DNA of 28,442 nt from Spartobacteria bacterium (lineage in GTDB: Bacteria > Verrucomicrobiota > Kiritimatiellia > RZYC01). The translations under genes and the position numbers were made by a program. The first letter of the stretch is position 1; every line of letters starts with the position of its first letter. The DNA is taken from assembly GCA_009929845.1 (NCBI GenBank), contig RZZM01000020.1:1-28442 (forward strand), read 5' to 3'. The notes under the pieces were generated by a model. That model did not search any database and was not told the origin of the DNA. It saw only the letters and a list, made by a program, of their open reading frames with translations. Positions 9,656-21,068 of the stretch are shown one piece after another.

Positions 9656-9936
9656 TGAGAGGTTACATCGACCGTCTTTAGATTTTCCGATACAAGCCCC
9701 GCTTCAATATTGGGGCAACATGATTGATATATAGGGAAAACTCAGTAATCAAAATACCGTTCAGCAATCCACAAGTTCTGAAATTCGAATCATCTTTCGG
9801 TGGAGGGTCATTGCCTGGCATGCCGTAATAGATGAAGGCAGGTCCTCTATGACCGGGTTAACCGGGAAGCTTTCTGTTGAACTGGAAAACCCGATGGCTC
9901 ATCCAGATCAACACAGACAGAAAGAAACCCAAAAAA

Positions 9937-14442
<4,506 letters not shown>

Positions 14443-14607
14443 GTAGTTGTGTTTTTCGTCATAACCCCTATCCTACCCTTGATCCAGATTTTTTTTCAAT
14501 ACCTTTCGTGAGCACCTTCAAAACTTCACCCGCAAGGGGTCCTGGTATTTTTCCGCGCTGTCCCCCGGTCTTCTTTGGGTAGGATTGAGCACGGGTACAG
14601 GCCGTTC

Positions 14608-14712
14608 GTGAAACCTGAAACTGGAAATCTGAGACCTGAAACTGGAGACCTGAGACTTGAAACTGGAAACCTGAGACCTGAAACTTGAGACCTGAAACTT
14701 GAGACCTGAAAC
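14608..14712. repeat. 15 consecutive heptanucleotide tandem repeats, consensus YTGRRAC (CTGAAAC / CTGAGAC / TGGAAAC)
   Basis: Read directly: gtgaaac ctgaaac tggaaat ctgagac ctgaaac tggagac ctgagac ttgaaac tggaaac ctgagac ctgaaac ttgagac ctgaaac ttgagac ctgaaac. A 21-nt periodicity is also apparent. The array lies in the divergent intergenic region between the kinase gene and the CARF gene. Confidence 0.9.
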
Positions 14713-14790
14713 GCGCACCCTGCAACTGTTCTCCCTAACCACCTGCATATCTGCTTGCCTGCCCGCGCGCTATCCTGCTATGGTGTGACC

Positions 14791-15891
14791 ATGAAGCAAT
14801 TTGACACCATACTGCATCTCGCGAACGATACGGCGCTGCCCGATTATTTGATGATTAAACAGTTTGACTGTCCGCGGCACATCATGGCGGTCTCCCACGA
14901 CACCGAACCGGCCTTCAACCTTTTGCAGGGTGTGCTTGGCAAGGAGGGTTGCCACACGGAGAAACTGAATATTCCCGTGGACGATGTGAACACCTGTCGG
15001 CGCCGGCTGGAGAAGGTGGTGACCAGCCTGCCTGAAGGGCGGCACGCCGTCAATCTTACCGGCGGTTCCCGCGTCATGTTTGCCGCCCTTTTTGAGATCG
15101 CCCGGCGCCACGGGCTGCCCGCCGTGCTCCTCGATACCAAAGCAAAGGCCATGCACTGGCTGGATGAGGAGGGCCTCAGCGAACCGCTGCGTCCGGTATT
15201 CCGCGAGGCAACAGGGTTTATCCGCCTGGCCGGCTATGATGTGGACGCCGAGGCGCCAGCCGAACACCTGCGAGTGGCGAACGAACGCCGCGATGCCGCC
15301 ATGGCCTGCTGGCAATATCGCGACCACATCGGCATCTGGAGCAAATCCCTGCGCAACCAAGCCGCGAAACCCGGCCTGCCGTTCCGCGACGGCCCCCGGA
15401 AAATCAAGGGCGTGGAGGTCTCCGCCGTGCTCAAAAAAGAGTCGGACGGCAGCAAGGGCATCCTGCACATCGGCGAGCACGCCTTTACGCTCAAACCCTG
15501 GAAAGACCTGGCTTCATTCATCGCGGGGGGCTGGTACAGGGATGCCGTGCTGGCCAACCTCATGACCCTCAAACACAAGGGCGTCATTCTCGATGTGGCC
15601 CTCGGCGTCAACCCTTCCCCGTCGGCCAAAAACCCGAAGGGACATCTGCCCGCCATGGATATCCTTTATACCGACGGGATCAACCTGACTGTCGTGGATT
15701 GTTACCTGCGATGGAGCGACAACCGGGTCATCCGCCAGGTGGTCCGGCAGGTCCGGCAACTGGCCGGTGATTTTGGCCGCGGCATCCTGGCCGTCGCCTA
15801 TGAAAACGAAAAAGCCCCCCCGAAGAGCGGCCCCACCGTAACCATCCTTTCCGGTCCCGCCGCCGTCTCCCACCCGGAGCACTTTCTCTGA
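14791..15891 (+). CDS. CARF-domain protein with C-terminal DUF1887 / Card1-Can2-like nuclease-fold region (VC1899-like), 366 aa
   Basis: N-terminal Rossmann-like region with the CARF signature VNLTGGSRVMFAALFEIA (h-N-h-T-G-G-S/T-K/R). The C-terminal half has GGWYRDAVLANL (cf. the GxWxExxV helix of PD-(D/E)xK nucleases) followed by ILDVALGV and AMDILYTDG strands. No canonical ExK is visible. Alternative starts are TTG at 14755 and GTG at 14785. No strong SD. The family call rests on motif recognition only. Confidence 0.5.
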   Translation: MKQFDTILHLANDTALPDYLMIKQFDCPRHIMAVSHDTEPAFNLLQGVLGKEGCHTEKLNIPVDDVNTCRRRLEKVVTSLPEGRHAVNLTGGSRVMFAALFEIARRHGLPAVLLDTKAKAMHWLDEEGLSEPLRPVFREATGFIRLAGYDVDAEAPAEHLRVANERRDAAMACWQYRDHIGIWSKSLRNQAAKPGLPFRDGPRKIKGVEVSAVLKKESDGSKGILHIGEHAFTLKPWKDLASFIAGGWYRDAVLANLMTLKHKGVILDVALGVNPSPSAKNPKGHLPAMDILYTDGINLTVVDCYLRWSDNRVIRQVVRQVRQLAGDFGRGILAVAYENEKAPPKSGPTVTILSGPAAVSHPEHFL

Positions 15892-16132
15892 CCCCGGTTT
15901 TCTGCCAAGACCTTTAAGTTCATCCGAAGCGCCTTGCTTTCCAAAATTATTTTCGTTTTTCCCTTGCCGGAAATGCGGGGACGGGGTACGCTGTAGATGG
16001 TAAGTCGGCTGTGGCAGCAGGCAATGACGTCTTGAGCCGAGCAGTCGAAATGGCGATGAGAAGGCTTTAAGAGAGACTTCGTCGCTGGTTATTCCGGCTT
16101 AAAAACCGGAAGCGAAAAGAAAGGAAAGTATC

Positions 16133-16816
16133 ATGGGTCTCATTCAACGTTTAAAGCGGATCACCTCCGCGCGCATTGAGTCATTTCTCAGTTCTGTCGA
16201 GGATCCGGAGGTATTGTTTCCTCAGTTAGTCAGGGAAATGGAAGACCAGGTTCGGGCGGCCACCGAAGCGGAGGCCAAGGCCAAGGCGGCGGTCAAGCAC
16301 GCGCAACGCGATGTGGATCAACTCCGGGAGAAGATCGAGTACTACGGTATCGGGGCGAAGAAGGCGATTGACGGCGGCGACGAGGGCATGGCGAGGGAAG
16401 CCATCAGCGCGCAGTTGAATGTCGAGGAAGCGCTGGAGCGGAAGCAGGCGGTCCTGGAACGGGCGGATGACGTGTATGAAGACGCGCGCAGCGCCCGCGA
16501 ACGTATTCAACGCCAGTTGGAAGAATTGCGCGCCAAGAAGGATGAAATCCTCACACGCGCCCGCGTGGCGAAAAACCAGCTCGAGATTCAACGGACGGTC
16601 AGCGGACCGGTCACGTCGTCGGGCAGCATCCTGGACGCGATCGAGCGGCTGGAGAGCCGGATCGAGGAACAGGAAGCGGAGCTGGAGATTCAGCAAGCGG
16701 CGTCGGGGGATGTGGACGCATCCCTGGACGAGCGGCTGGACGCGATGGCGGACACAACCGCCGTGGATGAACGCCTGGCCGCGTTGAAGCGCAAAATTGC
16801 TGAAGACAAGCAATAA
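16133..16816 (+). CDS. pspA: PspA/IM30 (Vipp1) family protein, paralogue 1 (227 aa)
   Basis: N-terminal amphipathic helix MGLIQRLKRITSARIESFLSSVEDPE is characteristic of PspA/IM30. The protein is a long coiled coil. AGGAAAG lies 7 nt upstream of the ATG. Confidence 0.9.
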   Translation: MGLIQRLKRITSARIESFLSSVEDPEVLFPQLVREMEDQVRAATEAEAKAKAAVKHAQRDVDQLREKIEYYGIGAKKAIDGGDEGMAREAISAQLNVEEALERKQAVLERADDVYEDARSARERIQRQLEELRAKKDEILTRARVAKNQLEIQRTVSGPVTSSGSILDAIERLESRIEEQEAELEIQQAASGDVDASLDERLDAMADTTAVDERLAALKRKIAEDKQ

Positions 16817-16921
16817 CCAGGCAGATTGGTCAGCGGGGGGATGGGCCCATGTTGTACCGGGCTCCTTCTCCCTGCCGGGAATGCATCCGTACGACGCTTA
16901 ACAACGGAAAGGTGGGATACC

Positions 16922-17593
16922 ATGTCTATTTTTGAACGCATACGAAGAATTACACTCGCCAACATCAACAGCCTGCTCGACAAGGCCGAGGACCCGGAAA
17001 CCATGCTCACGCAGAAGATCACCGAGCTGGAAGAGACCGTGCAGGAGGCCAAGGAGGCGCTGGCCGGATTCTCCGTTTCCTTTCGCAGGTCGGAAAATGA
17101 ATTCAACGCGCTGCGGCAGAAACGGGATGAATGGAAAGAACATGCCGTCCATGCCCTCAAAAACAATGATGAAGCGCAGGCGACAAAGGCGCTGCAGGAG
17201 AAGGTGAAAATCGAGCAGCGACTGGAGCGGCTGGAGCCCTCGCTGCGCGAGAGCCGGCATACCTTCGAGCAGTTGAAGGAGCAGTTGACACGTCTGCACG
17301 ATCAACTCAACGCAGCCCGGAATAAAATGGCGGAATTGAAATCCCGCCAACGTTCGGCAGCCGCGCAGCAGGCCTTCGGACGGAGCGTGGACCAGATGGC
17401 GGCCTCGGGGGTGCGGGGCGACGAATTCAACCAGATGGAAGACCAGGTCGCGCAGACCGAATCCCTCGTGGAAATCGAACGGGAAATGCGCGGCGATATC
17501 CTCACGGAACAGGATATGGAGGCCATGACACGCGACATGAAGGTCTCCAACGAACTCGAGGCCCTGAAAAAAGAGCTGGGCAGGCAGGAGTAA
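16922..17593 (+). CDS. pspA: PspA/IM30 family protein, paralogue 2 (223 aa)
   Basis: MSIFERIRRITLANINSLLDKAEDPE N-terminus. AGGTGG SD about 8 nt upstream of the ATG at 16922. The ORF-track start at 16826 lacks an RBS and would add a non-PspA leader. Confidence 0.9.
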   Translation: MSIFERIRRITLANINSLLDKAEDPETMLTQKITELEETVQEAKEALAGFSVSFRRSENEFNALRQKRDEWKEHAVHALKNNDEAQATKALQEKVKIEQRLERLEPSLRESRHTFEQLKEQLTRLHDQLNAARNKMAELKSRQRSAAAQQAFGRSVDQMAASGVRGDEFNQMEDQVAQTESLVEIEREMRGDILTEQDMEAMTRDMKVSNELEALKKELGRQE

Positions 17594-17598
17594 CGATT

Positions 17599-18246
17599 GT
17601 GGGTTTAACGGCCAGGCTCAAGCAGGTGACCAAGGCGCGTGTCGAGGCGTTTCTCGACCGGGCCGAGGACCCCGCGACCGTGTTCCCGCGGCTCGTGAAC
17701 GAGCTGGGCGCCCAGATTCAGGCCCTGAAACACGCGGAGGCCAAGGCGATGTCGGCAGTAAAATCCGCCCAACGAAAACTGGATGAAGTTTCCGGCCGGG
17801 AGGCCCGCCTGGAAAAAGGCGCTGAACTGGCGCTGAAGCTGGGTGATGAGCAGACGGCCCGGGAGGCCCTGACGGTGCAGGTGAAACTTGCCGGCGTGAA
17901 AACCGAACGGGCCCGGGCAGTCGAACAGGCCGAAAAAGACCATGAAGAGGCCCTGCGCACGCGACTGCGCATGGAGGCCTTGTTGGAGGACCTGAAATCA
18001 CGCGCGGGTGAGTATGCCTGCGAGGTTGATTTCACCCGGGCGTTGCCTCATAATCGCCGTCAACAGCGCACACAGGTGTCGCTGCTTGACGCGGTTGCGC
18101 GCATGGAAGGGCGCCTCGATGAGGTCGATGAAGGCTATACGCAGCGCATGGCGCAAAGCGGGCTTACGCTGGAACGGAAGCTTCGGCTGATGGAACGGCA
18201 GCGGATTGTCGAGCAGCGTCTTCAGGCGTTGAAACAGGGTTGTTGA
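17599..18246 (+). CDS. pspA: PspA/IM30 family protein, paralogue 3 (215 aa), GTG start
   Basis: MGLTARLKQVTKARVEAFLDRAEDP N-terminus. GTG start with AGGAG 8 nt upstream, overlapping the stop of paralogue 2 (5-nt gap). Confidence 0.85.
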   Translation: MGLTARLKQVTKARVEAFLDRAEDPATVFPRLVNELGAQIQALKHAEAKAMSAVKSAQRKLDEVSGREARLEKGAELALKLGDEQTAREALTVQVKLAGVKTERARAVEQAEKDHEEALRTRLRMEALLEDLKSRAGEYACEVDFTRALPHNRRQQRTQVSLLDAVARMEGRLDEVDEGYTQRMAQSGLTLERKLRLMERQRIVEQRLQALKQGC

Positions 18247-18293
18247 GTGGTTGGGTTTACCTGCCGGAAGCCGGCAGTAAGGAGTGTAGAGGT

Positions 18294-18965
18294 ATGGAAG
18301 CATTAACAGACTTTTTGTCGGCCTGTGTGGCTATGATCAATCTGCCGTATACGATTCTTTTCCTGGCGATGATCATGTATTGGGTGGCGGTCATTGTCGG
18401 CGCCATGGACCTGGATCTACTGGAGTTTGATATTCCGGTGGATGCGGATGTGGGGTCGGCGCTGGATGCGGATGTGGATGGCGATGTCGATATCGCGGGG
18501 GATGGGTTTCTCCGGTCCCTGCTGCAGTATCTTAATGTTGGCGAAGTGCCGGTTACCATCATTCTGAGTATCTTCATTATCAGTTTATGGGCAATCGCCA
18601 TCGTCGCGAATTATTATCTGAATCCCATGCGGTCGGTGCTGCTGTCGTTTGCGATTTTTGTGCCCAATGTGATTATCAGCATACACATGGCGAAATTCTT
18701 CACCATGCCGCTGGTCAAGGTGTTCAAATCATTGAATGAGGGCGCGGAAGACCCGGGCAGGGATTTGAGCGGGAAAGTGTGTGTGGTGAAGACAAGTGAA
18801 GCAAACGGGACATTTGGCCAGGCGGAGATCAAGACAAAGGGGGTCCCGGTCCTGGTGAATGTGCGGACAGACAACGGCGAGGTTTTGAAAAAAGGAACGG
18901 AAGCCGTGGTGGTGGAAAAGGCAGACAAGGGTGTATATATCATAAGCAAACTGGACTTGGAATAA
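18294..18965 (+). CDS. NfeD-like (YqiJ-like) membrane protein with C-terminal OB-fold beta domain
   Basis: 223 aa from the ATG at 18294 (AGGAG 8 nt upstream). Three or four TM segments (ILFLAMIMYWVAVIVGA, VTIILSIFIISLWAIAIV, LLSFAIFVPNVIISI) with an acidic loop DADVGSALDADVDGDVD. The C-terminal soluble domain is GKVCVVKTSEANGTFGQAEIKTKGVPVLVNVRTDNGEVLKKGTEAVVVEK. It is positioned directly upstream of a flotillin gene, as in yqiJK-type pairs. Confidence 0.7.
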   Translation: MEALTDFLSACVAMINLPYTILFLAMIMYWVAVIVGAMDLDLLEFDIPVDADVGSALDADVDGDVDIAGDGFLRSLLQYLNVGEVPVTIILSIFIISLWAIAIVANYYLNPMRSVLLSFAIFVPNVIISIHMAKFFTMPLVKVFKSLNEGAEDPGRDLSGKVCVVKTSEANGTFGQAEIKTKGVPVLVNVRTDNGEVLKKGTEAVVVEKADKGVYIISKLDLE

Positions 18966-18991
18966 ACACATAAAAAAGAAGGAGGCAGATC

Positions 18992-20974
18992 ATGGTGGCA
19001 GGTATTGTAGGACTGATTGTTATTGGCGTGTTATTTGTATTGGTGATGGGGATGCTGGCGATGCTGGTGAAATGCTATCACAAGGTGCATCAGGGCTCCG
19101 CCATTATTCGAAACGGGTGGGGCGGGCGAAAGGTGTCGTTCGCCGGTATCTTTGTGCTGCCGATCATTCATCATCGCGAATTGATGGATATTTCGGTGAA
19201 GCGTATCGAGATCGACCGCACCGGCTCGGAAGGGCTCGTGTGCCAGGATAATATGCGCGCCGACGTGAAGGTGGCCTTCTTTGTGCGCGTCAATGAGACC
19301 GCCGAAGATGTGCTGCGCGTCGCGCAGTCGTTGGGTTGCGAGCGCGGTTCAAGCCCGCAGGCGCTCATCGAGTTCTTCGATGCGAAGTTTTCTGAAGCAT
19401 TAAAGACGGTCGGCAAAAAATTCGACTTTGTAGAGCTGTATACCAATCGCGATACGTTTAAGGAAGAAATCCTGAAGGTGATCGGCACGGACCTGAACGG
19501 CTACGTGCTGGACGACGCCGCCATCGACTATCTGGAACAGACCAATCTGGACAAGATGGACCCGAATAACATCCTGGACGCGGAAGGCATCAAGAAGATT
19601 GTGGACTTGACGGCCAAACAGGCGGTATTGGCCAACAACATAGCCCGCGAAAAAGAAAAGACCATCAAGAAGCAGGATGTCGAAGCGCGCGAGGCCATTC
19701 TTCAGCTCGAACGTCAGCAGGTGGATGCGGAACAGAAGCAGGGCCGTGAGATTGCGGAAGTGACGGCGCGCGAACAGGCGGAAGCCAAAAAGGTGGAAGC
19801 GGAAGAGCTGTTGAAATCGGAACGGGCGCGTATCGCCACGGCGGAAGAGGTGGCCATTGCGGAAGAAAACAAGGACCGCCAGATCATCGTCGCCAAAAAG
19901 AGCAAAGAACGTACGGAGGCGGTCGAGCAGGAACGTGTCATTAAAGACCGCGATCTGGAGGCCACGGAACGCGAACGGGTGGTCACCCTCGCGCAGATAG
20001 AAAAAGAAAAGGCCGTCGAGGTCGAGAAGAAGAACATGCAGGAAGTGGTGCGTGAACGTGTCGCGGTGGAGCGTACGGTGGTCGAGGAAGAGGAAAAGAT
20101 CAAAGATACCCATGAATTCGCCACCGCCGACCGTTCCAAGCAAGTAGCCATTACCAAGGCCCAGGAGGACGCCGAACAAATACTGATCAAACAGACCAAG
20201 GCGGCTGAAGCACAGCGCGATGCCTCCAAATTTGGCGCCGAGCAGGTGGTCATCGAGGCCCAGGCCCAGCGAGACGCCTCCGAAAGGGAAGCGGAAGCGC
20301 GCAAGATACTGGCGGACGCGAAGGCCGAGGAAGAAGCGGTCATCGGCGTCGGCGAGGCCCGTGCGCTTGAAGCCAAGGCCACCGCTACGGAGCAGTTCGG
20401 CCTGGCGGAAGCCCGGGTCATCGAGAAGAAGGCCAACGCCGACGCCAACGGCATCCGCGACAAGGCCGAGGCGATGAAGCTCTTTGATTCCGTCGGCAAG
20501 GAACACGAAGAATTCAAGCTGCGGCTGAACAAGGACCTCGAGATCGAACTGGCGGCCATTCGCGTGGAACAGGAAATCGCCAAGGAACAATCCGCCATCG
20601 TGGGCGAGGCGCTCAAGAGCGCCCACATCGATATCGTCGGCGGGGAATCAGAATTCTTTGACAAGATTGTCAACGCGGTCACGCGCGGGAAAGTGGTGGA
20701 CCGCATTGTGGACAACAGCCGGGTGCTGACGGACATTACCGACACCTTCTTCAGCGGGGACGCGGCGCAGTTCAAGGAGCAGCTTGCCCGGTTTGTTTCG
20801 CAGTTCGGCATGGGTAGCGAGGATGTCAAAAACCTGACCCTCTCGGCCCTGCTGGCGAAAATGACCGCCCAGACGGACAACGAGCGGACTCAGGCCCTTC
20901 TGGAAAAGGCCGCCCAGGCCGCCGCCAAGCTGGGGCTGTCGGACAAGCTGGCCTCCAGCATCCTGAAGAAATAG
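18992..20974 (+). CDS. flotillin-like SPFH/band-7 family protein (YqiK/FloT-like), 660 aa
   Basis: N-terminal TM helix MVAGIVGLIVIGVLFVLVMGMLAMLV, then an SPFH-type domain, then a long Glu/Ala-rich coiled coil typical of flotillins (EA-repeat region aa about 230-500). Strong GAAGGAGG SD. Confidence 0.85.
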   Translation: MVAGIVGLIVIGVLFVLVMGMLAMLVKCYHKVHQGSAIIRNGWGGRKVSFAGIFVLPIIHHRELMDISVKRIEIDRTGSEGLVCQDNMRADVKVAFFVRVNETAEDVLRVAQSLGCERGSSPQALIEFFDAKFSEALKTVGKKFDFVELYTNRDTFKEEILKVIGTDLNGYVLDDAAIDYLEQTNLDKMDPNNILDAEGIKKIVDLTAKQAVLANNIAREKEKTIKKQDVEAREAILQLERQQVDAEQKQGREIAEVTAREQAEAKKVEAEELLKSERARIATAEEVAIAEENKDRQIIVAKKSKERTEAVEQERVIKDRDLEATERERVVTLAQIEKEKAVEVEKKNMQEVVRERVAVERTVVEEEEKIKDTHEFATADRSKQVAITKAQEDAEQILIKQTKAAEAQRDASKFGAEQVVIEAQAQRDASEREAEARKILADAKAEEEAVIGVGEARALEAKATATEQFGLAEARVIEKKANADANGIRDKAEAMKLFDSVGKEHEEFKLRLNKDLEIELAAIRVEQEIAKEQSAIVGEALKSAHIDIVGGESEFFDKIVNAVTRGKVVDRIVDNSRVLTDITDTFFSGDAAQFKEQLARFVSQFGMGSEDVKNLTLSALLAKMTAQTDNERTQALLEKAAQAAAKLGLSDKLASSILKK

Positions 20975-21022
20975 GGTGATAGACGCGTGGGACCGCAGTC
21001 ACATCTAAAGAACAGAGATACG

Positions 21023-21048
21023 GAAGGGGCGCGGGCGCGTCCCTTCCG
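21023..21048 (+). other. GC-rich stem-loop in the flotillin/AAA+ intergenic spacer
   Basis: ggaaggggcgcg gg cgcgtcccttcc forms an 11-12 bp stem (one G-U) with no following U-tract, 20 nt before the ATG at 21069. Confidence 0.4.
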
Positions 21049-21068
21049 GAAACTACCGGGGTCGTCGT

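Noticed and set aside
14468-14748. Two minus-strand ORFs (85 aa and 76 aa) with repetitive peptides such as FQVSGLKFQVSG.
   Set aside because: They are artefacts of the 7-nt tandem repeat, which keeps all frames open and generates periodic peptides. The region is intergenic.
15960-16132. Sigma54-type (-24 GG / -12 GC) promoter upstream of pspA1, as in enterobacterial psp operons.
   Set aside because: The closest candidates (TGGCAGCAGGCAATGA, TGGTAAGTCGGCTGT) do not fit TGGCACG-N4-TTGCW. No PspF-like activator is present in the window.
14443-16132. Searched for cas genes, a Cas10/CD-NTase-type cyclase, or a ring nuclease near the CARF gene.
   Set aside because: None was found in the flanking regions or anywhere else in the window. 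The CARF protein is therefore treated as an orphan.
19400-20880. Long antisense ORFs (408 aa and 388 aa on the minus strand) inside the flotillin gene. Similar antisense ORFs occur inside the giant AAA+ gene at 21081-22688, 22818-23735 and 24927-25772. Others lie at 4558-5652 inside the DUF2339 gene, 14770-15480 inside the CARF gene, and 16226-16813 inside pspA.
   Set aside because: These are typical stop-codon-poor antisense frames of high-GC coding DNA. The translations are low-complexity (Arg/Ala/Gly/Leu-rich), have no RBS, and fully overlap well-supported sense genes.
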